Assembly: GCA_963704655.1 (NCBI GenBank)
Contig: OY969927.1
Location: 128,001-192,000 of the forward strand
Reading direction: 5' to 3'
Source of the DNA: an uncultured Candidatus Babeliaceae bacterium
Lineage (GTDB): Bacteria > Babelota > Babeliae > Babelales > Babelaceae
Length of the DNA stretch: 64,000 nucleotides
The position numbers and the translations under genes are program-made. Shown here piece after piece: positions 38,533 through 48,364 of the stretch. Every line of letters starts with the position of its first letter. Position 1 is the first letter of the stretch. The notes under the pieces are model-generated. The model saw only the letters and a program-made list of their open reading frames with translations, was not told where the DNA came from and did no database searches.

Positions 38533-38609
38533 GGGGGTGTAGCTCAGTTGGTTAGAGCGTCCGCCTGTCACGCGGAAGGTCGTGGGTTCGAGTCCCATCA
38601 CTCCCGCCA
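38533..38609 (+). tRNA. tRNA-Asp(GTC)
   Basis: GGGGGTG acceptor, TCCGC-CTGTCAC-GCGGA, GGTTCGAGTCC, CCA. Confidence 0.95.
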
Positions 38610-38641
38610 TCTTTTTGCTCGCAAAAAAATGTGCGCTATCT

Positions 38642-38704
38642 CGCTCATCCTGCTTGTCCGTCATAGCTCGTAAGAGCGGCGGCTGGAAGCATAGTCGAAG
38701 AACG
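38642..38704 (+). repeat. Family A repeat with nested family B-like hairpin after tRNA-Asp
   Basis: CGCTCATCCTG[CTTGTCCGTCATAGCTCGTAAGAGCGGCGG]...AGTCGAAG. Confidence 0.65.
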
Positions 38705-38730
38705 TCTGTCTGTCGTTCACTAGGAAAATA

Positions 38731-39525
38731 ATGAAACTAATAAGATTATTTTGGTTAATTCTGTTTATTTCTGAAGCACATCCCGTTTCACTTAGTAATG
38801 TTAAAAAAGATGCTATTATAGCTGCAACAGTAGTTAGTTTGGAAATACCCGTTGTCCTTGCATATCTCAATGCGTCCCAGATGCGCACGAGCTTTTTGAC
38901 AGAAATTCAAGATTCACGTTATTGGATCGGTGGTCTAACAGTTGGGGCACTGTTGGGTGGTCTGATATATTATTTTGGTAAACGATATACACCACAAAGT
39001 AGATATGAATGGGCCTTAAGGGTAAAAGAAGAGTTAGAATTTGATGGATTGCTGCAGGCAGTAAAATTAAGTAGTGGTCACATGAAAGAAATGTTAGCTG
39101 CAAGATTTGATCGACTACCATTCATGAGCACTGTTAGTTTTTTTTATCAGCGGCATAATATTTTGCAAAAAGCGCATCAAGATATGTTTGATTTGATTCA
39201 AGAATTAGACGATGGTGATGCCCTTAAGCAGAAATGTAGTGTATTGTTGACTGAACTACAAGAAATGATAGAAATGGTAAAAGAGCACGCAGAGATTATC
39301 GCATGTAGTCCAGAGTGGTACAATGAATTCAGTCCAATAGAGGAGTCAGGGTACCCCATTTCTATACTCAAAATACCAACTGATAAAATTAATTCCACCA
39401 AATGGGTCGTCGAGTTAACTGGTGGTGAGCTTACAGTAGATATTTTTAATAAACCAAAACACATAGTTTTTGGCAAGAATTTTGGCCGCTTGCTTGCTCT
39501 GCAAAGGTCATGCATACAAAAGTAG
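38731..39525 (+). CDS. Secreted/membrane orphan protein
   Basis: Signal peptide, two hydrophobic segments, helical C-terminus. Confidence 0.65.
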   Translation: MKLIRLFWLILFISEAHPVSLSNVKKDAIIAATVVSLEIPVVLAYLNASQMRTSFLTEIQDSRYWIGGLTVGALLGGLIYYFGKRYTPQSRYEWALRVKEELEFDGLLQAVKLSSGHMKEMLAARFDRLPFMSTVSFFYQRHNILQKAHQDMFDLIQELDDGDALKQKCSVLLTELQEMIEMVKEHAEIIACSPEWYNEFSPIEESGYPISILKIPTDKINSTKWVVELTGGELTVDIFNKPKHIVFGKNFGRLLALQRSCIQK

Positions 39526-39787
39526 CTAGTATATTACAGCATAATATAGAAGTAATCATGAAAATATTTTTAAAATTACTTATCCTGTATTTTGTATTTC
39601 CTTTAAAAGTCATAAAACCTATAAGTGAAATCATAAAGAAATAAACGAAGTTTTTAATAAAAAGACAAATTGAGATAGAGATAAATACTCTCTTGGTGCT
39701 GATGAAATTTTAATTTATTGACAATTATTTCTTTAATTTTTTATTGTGAGTGTGCCCATACAAATTAGGTGCGTTGGGGGAGGACTC

Positions 39788-40810
39788 ATGAAAAATAAAT
39801 TAACTCGTCTTGTGCCTCTTGTGTTTTGTTTAGCTACTACATTGCATGGAAATAAACTCAGGCCTGAAAATCAGATAGACGTTAATCCTTATCTTTCATT
39901 AAATATTGATCTGCTTTGTTTTCTTCCCAAAGAAAAAAGTATTGTTCTGACAAATTACATGACCAATTTGTTTACCACGGCAAATGTGACGCTGCAGCCA
40001 AATGTTAATCCTCATTTTAGATGGGACGTTGGGTATCGCATCGGTTTTGGGTACATGTTTGCAGATGATAAGTGGGATATGGCTTTAAATTTGCTGAATT
40101 TTAATACGCATTTACAACAATGTAGAAGCACGCAAGGGAATATTGGTTTAGGAATGTTTCCTATCTGGTCTTTAGCTGATGATATTATTCCTTTTGATTG
40201 GGTAGCTCAAGCAAAAATGTATTGGAAGCTCAATTTAAATCTTTTGGATCTGGATTTTGGGCGAGATTTTTCTTGGCATAATCGGTGGTTTTTACGCCCG
40301 ATTATCGGGCTTCGTTCTGCATGGATTAATCAACATTTGGATGTTGATTATGGCGGAGGAATATTTGCCAATGGTCTTAATTTGTCTGACTTGGATAGCA
40401 CCTTTGGCTATGATTCAATTTACATGAAAAATAATTTTTGGGGGATTGGTCCGCGGTTAGGAATAGAGCCTCAGGTCAATTTGGGGTGCGGATGGAGCCT
40501 TTATGCATCAGCATGCGGCACGTTAACGTATGGTCTTTTTAAAGTTTGCCAAGTTGAAACCTATTTAAAATCTTTACGCTATCTAAGAAATTGCAGCCCG
40601 CATGGGTTTCGCTGGATGATTGATGCAATGGGCGGAATTTCATGGAAGACCTTTTTGAGAGATCGTTATGCACTTACTTGTGCGCTTGGATGGGAATATC
40701 ATATTTTCTTTGATCAAGTTGCACTTAAAGCAGATAACTTTTGTATGGTAAGCAGTAATCGAAACCTCTCTTTAAATGGTTTAGCATTTTCTGCTTGCTT
40801 AGATTTTTAG
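39788..40810 (+). CDS. Lpg1974/MOMP-like outer-membrane beta-barrel porin
   Basis: GGAGG RBS; signal peptide; F.WD.GYRIGFGY, LDLDFGR, LRPIIGLR.AWI.Q, N.FWGIGPRLG, GWEYH.FF, C-terminal Phe. Confidence 0.75.
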   Translation: MKNKLTRLVPLVFCLATTLHGNKLRPENQIDVNPYLSLNIDLLCFLPKEKSIVLTNYMTNLFTTANVTLQPNVNPHFRWDVGYRIGFGYMFADDKWDMALNLLNFNTHLQQCRSTQGNIGLGMFPIWSLADDIIPFDWVAQAKMYWKLNLNLLDLDFGRDFSWHNRWFLRPIIGLRSAWINQHLDVDYGGGIFANGLNLSDLDSTFGYDSIYMKNNFWGIGPRLGIEPQVNLGCGWSLYASACGTLTYGLFKVCQVETYLKSLRYLRNCSPHGFRWMIDAMGGISWKTFLRDRYALTCALGWEYHIFFDQVALKADNFCMVSSNRNLSLNGLAFSACLDF

Positions 40811-40820
40811 GGGGGAAATA

Positions 40821-41546
40821 ATGAAGAAACTTTTTTTACAGTTGTTTATATTTTACATCATAGTTGTACCTATTTTTCTTCATGCGCTTCCGGCACAAGT
40901 AGTTATCATCCGTCATGGAGAAAAAGATCCGATAACCCGTGGCTTAACCCAAGAGGGGCAAGAACGGGCTGCGGCACTTGCTTATTACTTAACGCAAACG
41001 GATTACCTTCTTAATTTTGGGCTGCCGTTTGCACTTTTTGCTTCACGATCTATTCCGATATCAGATCGTCTTGTTCCGCGTACCATAGAGACCTTAATGC
41101 CGACAGCAAATTTTCTTCAATTGCCTATACATTCTCCCTTTAATGGGTATCAGGTTAATGAGATTGCGAATTTCATTTTCAATAATAATGCATATAATGG
41201 CAAAAATATTGTGATTTGCTGGAACCATAGTTCAATACATGATTTGCTTAATGCTTTTGGATATCAAGCACCATTTGCATGTTCTGTTATTAATAAAAAG
41301 TATCCAGATTGTCGATTTGATCTTGCGTTTGTGCTTGCTTTTCCCGCTCCAGAACCGGTGGGTGGTCAACTTCCTTATGCAACGGTTTTTTTGCAGCAGT
41401 TGATTTTTGGCGACCTTACGTGTCAAACTTCTTGCAATCCACCTAATCTTCCGCCGACACCATGTTTTTTTAATTCACCAAGTTCTCCTCTTGCTGAGCT
41501 GATTTGCACTACGACTTGCGCCAGTGTTGGTTTGGGTGACGATTAA
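40821..41546 (+). CDS. Secreted histidine phosphatase superfamily protein
   Basis: Signal peptide; IIRHGEK, R.IET..P.A, ICWNH; Cys/Pro-rich tail. Confidence 0.78.
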   Translation: MKKLFLQLFIFYIIVVPIFLHALPAQVVIIRHGEKDPITRGLTQEGQERAAALAYYLTQTDYLLNFGLPFALFASRSIPISDRLVPRTIETLMPTANFLQLPIHSPFNGYQVNEIANFIFNNNAYNGKNIVICWNHSSIHDLLNAFGYQAPFACSVINKKYPDCRFDLAFVLAFPAPEPVGGQLPYATVFLQQLIFGDLTCQTSCNPPNLPPTPCFFNSPSSPLAELICTTTCASVGLGDD

Positions 41547-41574
41547 CATTATACGGAATTAGGAATTAATGGCG

Positions 41575-42372
41575 TTAGTCTTTAAATAAATATTGTAAGT
41601 ATCGATCTGGGTTATCTAAAAAATCTTTAGTAATGGTATAGTGCTGAGTATCGGTATACTTAATGGTTGTTAAAGTATCTGAGTCGCATGAGTAGATAGT
41701 TGCGCCGGGGTATGCCAATAAAATAGGTGAATGGGTTGCAATAATAAATTGTGCGTGTGGATTTTTGCAAATCTCATGAATAATAATCATCAATGACAGT
41801 TGTCGCTGTGGCGACAGCGCCGCTTCAGGTTCGTCAAAGATAAAAAATCCGCCGTTGCCTAATCTATTTTTAAAAAATGCTAAAAAACTTTCGCCATGCG
41901 ATTGTTCATGGAGCGATTTGCCGCCATAGGGCGCATAGGCCAATTCTGGCTCGCCGTTTTGAGCAAGCAGGTCGATATAATTTGCGACATTAAAAAAACT
42001 TTCTGCCCTAAAAAAATAGCCATTTCCATTGCGCGGTTTATAGTTCCACGAAAGAATTAACTGGTCCGCAAAAAGTTCTGTGCCGGTGTACGTTTTTTCT
42101 TGCGATGTTTTAAAATTAATATTTTTGCTGCCGCCTTCTGCGCCAAAGCCGGCTTTGGTTGCAATTGCTTCAAGAATAGTAGATTTTCCTGTGCCGTTTT
42201 CACCAACAAAGAATGTCACTTGTGTAGGGAACTTTATCTCGTGCAAATTCTTAATAATCGGCAAGCAGAATGGGTGATTGTTAAAATTGGTTGTATCAGA
42301 AAAATTGACCCGCACTGCGTCTAAAAGTGGGCCATCTATAGTGCACGTAAGATTTTTTGAAATTCGTTTCAT
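41575..42372 (-). CDS. AAA family ATPase (ABC-like, COG3910 type)
   Basis: GENGTGKST, FFRAESF, SHGESF, DEPEAALSPQRQ, IATHSPILL. Confidence 0.88.
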   Translation of the reverse strand: MKRISKNLTCTIDGPLLDAVRVNFSDTTNFNNHPFCLPIIKNLHEIKFPTQVTFFVGENGTGKSTILEAIATKAGFGAEGGSKNINFKTSQEKTYTGTELFADQLILSWNYKPRNGNGYFFRAESFFNVANYIDLLAQNGEPELAYAPYGGKSLHEQSHGESFLAFFKNRLGNGGFFIFDEPEAALSPQRQLSLMIIIHEICKNPHAQFIIATHSPILLAYPGATIYSCDSDTLTTIKYTDTQHYTITKDFLDNPDRYLQYLFKD

Positions 42373-42481
42373 ACTTCTAGTATAACACAGATATTATTAT
42401 ATATTTGTTTATCTTCTTATTCTATAAAAGCTATCATGTAATGGTTGATATAGTGTGTTCCACTTAGACCCATACACCCGA

Positions 42482-42539
42482 CCCTTCGATACACCCGTCT
42501 TCGCTCTTGCGAGCTACGTCGGGCACTCAGGGTGCACGG
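42482..42539 (-). repeat. Family A repeat with nested family B hairpin
   Basis: CCCTTCGATACAC[CCGTCTTCGCTCTTGCGAGCTACGTCGGG]CACTCAGGGTGCACGG; near copy at 59554-59610. Confidence 0.8.
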
Positions 42540-42597
42540 AGGGTGGGTAATAGATTGAATTTAACTATAGTTTGAAAGATGAGAGTAGGGGTGAACA

Positions 42598-43953
42598 ATG
42601 AAAATAACTTTTTTGGGTGCTGTAGAAGAAGTAACCGGGTCAAAATATCTTATCGAGCACACGGATGTAAAAATTTTAGTTGATTGCGGCCTTTTTCAAG
42701 GGGGTAAAGCAATCACTCAACGTAACTGGGACCCATTTCCCCTAGACGCATCAAGCATTGAGGCTATCGTTTTAACTCATGCTCATCTTGATCACACCGG
42801 GTATATCCCCGTATTAATAAAAAATGGCTTTAAGGGCAAAATATATTGTTCAAAAGCAACATATGCCATGTCTGCTATCGTGCTAGAAGATAGCGCCTCG
42901 TTACAAGAAGAATATGCACGGCACAGCCTTGAACATGCCGATCCGGAACATCCGGCCATGCCGCCCCTGTATACCATAGATGAAGCGCAGAACGCATTAA
43001 AATTTTTTCATATCATTGATTACGATACCGTTGTGAATATCAAATCTTTACAGATTACGTTGATCAGGTGCGGCCATATTCTTGGTGCCTCGTTTGTTAC
43101 GGTATTTGATGGTAACCAAAAATTAACTTTTTCAGGTGATCTTGGCCGCCCCCATCCGCTTATCATGAAATCACCTTCGCATCTAAAAGAAACTGATTAT
43201 TTAGTTCTTGAATCAACGTATGGCAATAGGCTCCATGAAGATAGTGACCCTATACAAGCTTTAGGTGAAGCGATTAATCACGCTGTCAAAAAAGGTGGCG
43301 TTATTATAATACCTTCTTTTGCAATAGGGCGCACACAAACGATTCTTTACTGTTTGTACCAATTAAAACACAACCGCATTATTCCGGATATTCCTATCTT
43401 TTTAGATAGCCCGATGGGGATACATGTTACCGATTTATTTTGTAAGTTCATCGATGAGCATACATTACCAGCATCGGTATGTAAGGATGTTTTTGATATC
43501 GCAACTTATACCAGTACCCCAGAAGAATCAAAGCAGCTTGATCATCTTGAACACCCGGCAATTATTATTGCTGGCAGCGGCATGGCAGATGGCGGCCGTG
43601 TGATCTATCATTTACAACATTATATCTCTGATGAAAAGAATACGGTAATTTTTGTGGGCTTCCAAGCAAAAGGGACAAAAGGACGAATCTTGGTTGATGG
43701 GGCAAAAGAGATACGAATATACGGTAAGTTCTATACCGTTTCAGCCGATATCAAATCTATCAAAAACTTTTCGGCGCATGCAGATTATAATGAGATTTTA
43801 GAATGGTTAAGTTATTTTGAAAAGGCCCCTAAAAAGGTGTTTCTTACCCATGGCGAACTAGAGTCCGCTCAGGCATTAAAAGAGAAAATCGAACAGCGCT
43901 TTGGTTGGTCCGTAGTGGTTCCAAAGTATTTAGAATCCTATGATTTAGATTAG
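42598..43953 (+). CDS. MBL-fold beta-CASP ribonuclease (COG1236-like)
   Basis: VDCGLFQG, THAHLDHTG, GHILG, FSGDLGR, ESTYG, GRTQ, FSAHAD, LTHGE. Confidence 0.92.
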   Translation: MKITFLGAVEEVTGSKYLIEHTDVKILVDCGLFQGGKAITQRNWDPFPLDASSIEAIVLTHAHLDHTGYIPVLIKNGFKGKIYCSKATYAMSAIVLEDSASLQEEYARHSLEHADPEHPAMPPLYTIDEAQNALKFFHIIDYDTVVNIKSLQITLIRCGHILGASFVTVFDGNQKLTFSGDLGRPHPLIMKSPSHLKETDYLVLESTYGNRLHEDSDPIQALGEAINHAVKKGGVIIIPSFAIGRTQTILYCLYQLKHNRIIPDIPIFLDSPMGIHVTDLFCKFIDEHTLPASVCKDVFDIATYTSTPEESKQLDHLEHPAIIIAGSGMADGGRVIYHLQHYISDEKNTVIFVGFQAKGTKGRILVDGAKEIRIYGKFYTVSADIKSIKNFSAHADYNEILEWLSYFEKAPKKVFLTHGELESAQALKEKIEQRFGWSVVVPKYLESYDLD

Positions 43954-43976
43954 TTTATTTTTTTTAAGGAAGTCCT

Positions 43977-45434
43977 ATGAAACACTATGTAGCATTATTA
44001 AAATCTGTCTTTATAAGTATTTATTTTTTCACAGCAATGTTACATGCTTATGGCCCGGGAAACACAACATCGTTTTCGCCTCAGTTAACGAATGGTATTG
44101 AAGGCTCGCAGTCTTCTGCGTATAATCAACAAAATAATGAATATCTTTTTTCATGGCTGAGTGGCACGAGTCAGATATACTATGTCATTTGTGATGATAC
44201 TGGAGCGCAAGTAACAAGTCAGAGTAACTTTTCTGGATCAAGCTCAAGCTCACCAAGCGTTGCATATAATAGTGTAAACAACCACTATCTTATTACGTGG
44301 ATAGCAAGTTCGCCCTCGTTTGGCATAGTAGATGATGCAGGTAATATTATTGTTGCGCCGACTTCAATCTTTATATCGCCAGGTCTACTTCTTAATGGTA
44401 ATACTTTTTGCTGTTACAATAGTGTGAATAATCAATACTGTATCACCTGGACAGCCCAAGATACTGTTTCTTCGATAAGCTCAACCTATTTTGCAATCGT
44501 AAATGCAGATGGAACTATCGCACAAGGTGAAACAGCCATTCCTGCGGTAAGTGGGCAGGTAACTTCAGATTTTACTGATTCATTTGTTACGTATAACTCA
44601 CAAGATAATCAGTATTTGTTCACCTGGGTGAGTCTGCAGGTGGCACCTGGCATAGGTAATACGGCTTTTGCTATTTATGATGCAGATGGCGCTCAGGCTA
44701 TTGCGGCAACAGTTATCCCGCAAACCGATTCTTTTGTTACGTCATCTTATCCAATATTTACCTGTTATAATAGCATCAATAATCAATATTTTTTCACGTG
44801 GTGTGCTTACAATGGCTCAATCACTGCGGTTTTTGCGATTTATAGTAAATCTGGAGTTGAACTTGTACCACCGACTGAGATAGCAAGCTTTTCCTCATTT
44901 GTAATTCCTATTTGCTCTTATAATGTAAGAAATAATCAATATTTCATCAGTTTGAATAACAATAATACGCAAGCAGTTTGTTGGATTTTTGATTCAAACG
45001 GAAATGTTATTTCCTCAGATATCCAACTTCCGCTTTTGCTAGGAAATGCGCCTGTCGGTTTTGTTTTTAATTCATTTAATCCACAAGACGACCAATATTT
45101 TATCACGTGGTATTCTTCTGGTGGCACTTGTGCATATTTTAATATTTTCACCGCATCACCGCTTCCGGCGGCGCCTACCAATCTGCAAGGAACCAATGGT
45201 ACCAATAAATTTCTTACTTTCGTGGATTATATTACTCAGTTAACATGGGTTTCAAGTACTTCAACCAACATCGCTTCTTACAACGTTTATCGTAACGGAA
45301 GTTTGATAGCCACACTTCCGGCATATGCAACTTCTTACATAGCTCATAATAAACCGCCTACGCTCACAACCTATTCTGTTCAGGCTGTGAGTACTTCTGG
45401 TGATGCGAGCATTCCGGCAAGTATTACACTGTAA
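43977..45434 (+). CDS. Secreted beta-propeller-like repeat protein with C-terminal FN3-like domain
   Basis: Six YN..(N/D)N.Y..(T/S)W-type repeats; APTNLQG...LTW......SYNVYRNG...YSVQAV. Confidence 0.7.
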   Translation: MKHYVALLKSVFISIYFFTAMLHAYGPGNTTSFSPQLTNGIEGSQSSAYNQQNNEYLFSWLSGTSQIYYVICDDTGAQVTSQSNFSGSSSSSPSVAYNSVNNHYLITWIASSPSFGIVDDAGNIIVAPTSIFISPGLLLNGNTFCCYNSVNNQYCITWTAQDTVSSISSTYFAIVNADGTIAQGETAIPAVSGQVTSDFTDSFVTYNSQDNQYLFTWVSLQVAPGIGNTAFAIYDADGAQAIAATVIPQTDSFVTSSYPIFTCYNSINNQYFFTWCAYNGSITAVFAIYSKSGVELVPPTEIASFSSFVIPICSYNVRNNQYFISLNNNNTQAVCWIFDSNGNVISSDIQLPLLLGNAPVGFVFNSFNPQDDQYFITWYSSGGTCAYFNIFTASPLPAAPTNLQGTNGTNKFLTFVDYITQLTWVSSTSTNIASYNVYRNGSLIATLPAYATSYIAHNKPPTLTTYSVQAVSTSGDASIPASITL

Positions 45435-45574
45435 TTAATTTTTGTTGCATGTATTGTTTTTATGTGTCAAAATGCCGTCCCAATCGATTAATACAGTGCT
45501 CGATCGACGAATCATGTCTATTATAGTATACTAGTAAAAAAAATAGAGCATTTTTCACATCGAAAGGGACAACC

Positions 45575-46279
45575 ATGTTCACCATAGATACAACTCTTTC
45601 ACAATCAGTTGGCCGCTTTATGCATAAAGTGTATGCATGGATGTTTGCCGGGCTGTTTGTTACTGCAGCAACTTCATATCTTATGCTGTCAAATCCTGCG
45701 TTATTAATGTATATTCTCACATCTACTTTTGCGTTTTATGCGTTATTTGCAGCGCAATTGGGCCTGGTGGTGTACTTAAGCGCATGTATTAATACCATGA
45801 GTTACCGTGCTGCGATCATTGCGTTTTTAGCATATTCCCTATTAGTTGGTATTACTGTATCGCCGATTTTCTTGGTGTATACCATGACCTCCATTACCTT
45901 AACATTTGCCACTGCGGCATGCATGTTTGGTGCCATGGCAATCTATGGTTACTATACCGATACCGATTTAACGCGATTTGGAAACCTTTTATTAATGGCG
46001 CTGTTTGGCATTATTATTGCCGGCTTTGCAAATTGGTATTTTGCAAGCAGCATGCTTGATTTTGCTATCTCAGTACTTGGCGTACTGTTATTTACGGCAC
46101 TTACTGCGTATGATGTGCAAAAAATTAAGCTCCTTGCCCAAACTATCGATTATGATAGTTATGAAGAACAGGTTGCCATGAGTAATAAGATTGCCATTAT
46201 CGGCGCATTGCAATTGTATTTAGATTTTCTTAATCTATTTCTCCATTTGCTTAAGCTTATGGGCAAAAAACGTAAATAG
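45575..46279 (+). CDS. Bax inhibitor-1/YccA family membrane protein
   Basis: FM.KVY.WM..GL, about 7 TM segments, TAYDVQKIK, GALQLYLDFLNLFL. Confidence 0.92.
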   Translation: MFTIDTTLSQSVGRFMHKVYAWMFAGLFVTAATSYLMLSNPALLMYILTSTFAFYALFAAQLGLVVYLSACINTMSYRAAIIAFLAYSLLVGITVSPIFLVYTMTSITLTFATAACMFGAMAIYGYYTDTDLTRFGNLLLMALFGIIIAGFANWYFASSMLDFAISVLGVLLFTALTAYDVQKIKLLAQTIDYDSYEEQVAMSNKIAIIGALQLYLDFLNLFLHLLKLMGKKRK

Positions 46280-46308
46280 TATAATTTTTTTATTGTGAAA
46301 GATTTTTT

Positions 46309-46827
46309 ATGAAACAGTTAAAATTATTAGTAATGCTTGCATTATGCAGTTCACCTATCGTGGCTTTAAAGAAAAATGAGTCTGTTTCTCCTGAGCAGAT
46401 GATAATGCTTATGGATAAAGCGCTTGCAGAAAAAAAATTCAAGCTTGCGGCACAATGGAGAGCCCGTTTTACTATTGTAGTTGGCCTAGCTGCAGTATGT
46501 AGCAATGACCCATCTGATGCAGCAGCTATGGATATGTTGACTATTCGTGAGTGGAGTGGGATGCTTCAGGAAATGGCACAAAATGTGTCCCCGCAAGAAT
46601 ATAGAGATATCTTTGTAGAACAGCTTGCTGAAGTTGAGCAAGAATTTCTTGACAATAAATTGACAGACCCTAAATGGATTGCCGCCTATGGCATGAGCGC
46701 ATTTTTGGGCGAATCCGCGAGCGGTAAACATTTTGTTTCAGCAATAGAATGTTATAACAAGCGTAAAGAGTTTATAGAAGAATTTAAAAAAGCAGTGAAA
46801 AATCAACCGGCTGAAAATAAAAATTAA
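46309..46827 (+). CDS. Secreted orphan protein
   Basis: Signal peptide MKQLKLLVMLALCSSPIVA; terminator follows. Confidence 0.7.
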   Translation: MKQLKLLVMLALCSSPIVALKKNESVSPEQMIMLMDKALAEKKFKLAAQWRARFTIVVGLAAVCSNDPSDAAAMDMLTIREWSGMLQEMAQNVSPQEYRDIFVEQLAEVEQEFLDNKLTDPKWIAAYGMSAFLGESASGKHFVSAIECYNKRKEFIEEFKKAVKNQPAENKN

Positions 46828-46861
46828 TACATCTTTGTATGTATTTATCTGAGTAACGTAT

Positions 46862-46895
46862 AAAGGGCCTAGAGAATATCTAGGCCCTCTTTTTT
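46862..46895 (+). terminator. Intrinsic terminator
   Basis: AGGGCCTAGA-GAATA-TCTAGGCCCT-CTTTTTT. Confidence 0.85.
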
Positions 46896-47059
46896 AATGG
46901 TGGGTCTTTACATTTATGAATACATTAAGGCGAACAATCACGTTTGCAAAAAAAACTTTTTGAGTTAATCTTTAATTTGTTTTTATAAACAGTAACATAT
47001 AAAGGCTTTTTTCGCATGATATTCAGTAAAAAGAAAAGTATATTCTTGGTAGTACCATT

Positions 47060-48364
47060 ATGATGCAAAAATGTTTTGATATCACCGTGATAGGTGCCGG
47101 TATGTTTGGTTCTGCTGCTGCCAAATACCTCAGCATGGCCCATGAAAATGTTGCATTAATCGGTCCTGATGAACCAATGAGTCAACTCATCGCATCCAGC
47201 CAAGAATCCTTTGGCGCGTATTATGATCAAGCAAGAATAACCAGACGCGTAGGTTGGGATGAAATATGGGCTGCAACAGATTCAAGGTCTCTCAACAGAT
47301 TTGCCAGCATCGAACAAGAATCAGGAATTCCTTTCTTTTATGAGTGCGGCTCTCTTATATTGTTAGCCAAAACAATTGCTAGCCGTACTGATTCGATGGT
47401 AGCGCAATGCACAGCTACAGATATCACCGTCGAAAGAATGACGTCTGAATCCATTAAAAATCATTGGCCCTATCTTAACATTCCACAATTATCCGGAGGG
47501 GTAGATGGTTTGTTTGAAGGGCAGATGGCCGGCTATCTAAATCCTCGAAAATTAGTATCTGCACAATTAACCCTTTTTGAGCGTAGGGGTGGAACTCTTA
47601 TAAGAGGCTCAGTTACAGGGGTTGAAAAAGATACATCATCTTCGTTATGGCAGATATATACAACACAGAATGGCCAGTCAAGGAAAATATATACAAAAAA
47701 AGTATTGATTGCAGCTGGTGCGTTCATAAACCATAATAATATTTTACCTTACGGGTATAAACTTAAACTGAATGCGTTCTCCGAACCAAACCTTCTTTTT
47801 GAAATTGCAGACAAAGATCTCGAGAACCTACAAAAAATGCCTACTATTATCTCTGTCGATCCAGAGGATACCGGTAATAACAATATGTCTATATACTTAC
47901 TCCCGCCAATAAAATATCCAGATGGCAAATGGTATATGCGAATTGGACCAGGGATGCAGCCTATCATAAAAGAACTTGATACCCTGCAAGAGATGAGAGA
48001 ATGGTATATACAACAAAAAATTACTCTAGAACAACGTAATTTTTTACTGAAGATGCAACAAATATTTGTGCCCGATATTAAGTTCAAATCGATTCGCGAG
48101 GCGTCTTGTATCATTGAAAAAACACCATCTCATTATCCCTACATTGGGCAGGTAAATGAGGATGAAAGTTTGAATATAGTTGCAGGTGGAAATGGTCATG
48201 GTGCACGCGGGTCAGATGAAATAGGGCGATTAGCTGCAAATATTGTGCTTGGTAACCAGTGGGATTTTCCCGTGAATCAGAGCGCTTTTACACCTATTTT
48301 GGAATGTCACAATCAAGAAAATAAAACTAAAATGCGATTCAAACCACCTTTTGGGCTTTGCTAA
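47060..48364 (+). CDS. FAD-dependent oxidoreductase (sarcosine oxidase/DAO-like)
   Basis: VIGAGMFGSAAA, YDQARITR, AGYLNPRKLV, IAAGAF, GGNGHGA..SDEIGRLAA. Confidence 0.85.
   Translation: MMQKCFDITVIGAGMFGSAAAKYLSMAHENVALIGPDEPMSQLIASSQESFGAYYDQARITRRVGWDEIWAATDSRSLNRFASIEQESGIPFFYECGSLILLAKTIASRTDSMVAQCTATDITVERMTSESIKNHWPYLNIPQLSGGVDGLFEGQMAGYLNPRKLVSAQLTLFERRGGTLIRGSVTGVEKDTSSSLWQIYTTQNGQSRKIYTKKVLIAAGAFINHNNILPYGYKLKLNAFSEPNLLFEIADKDLENLQKMPTIISVDPEDTGNNNMSIYLLPPIKYPDGKWYMRIGPGMQPIIKELDTLQEMREWYIQQKITLEQRNFLLKMQQIFVPDIKFKSIREASCIIEKTPSHYPYIGQVNEDESLNIVAGGNGHGARGSDEIGRLAANIVLGNQWDFPVNQSAFTPILECHNQENKTKMRFKPPFGLC

Noticed and set aside
37983-38609. tRNA cluster as an integration site for an island
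   Set aside because: No integrase and no displaced tRNA 3'-end copy noticed in the window
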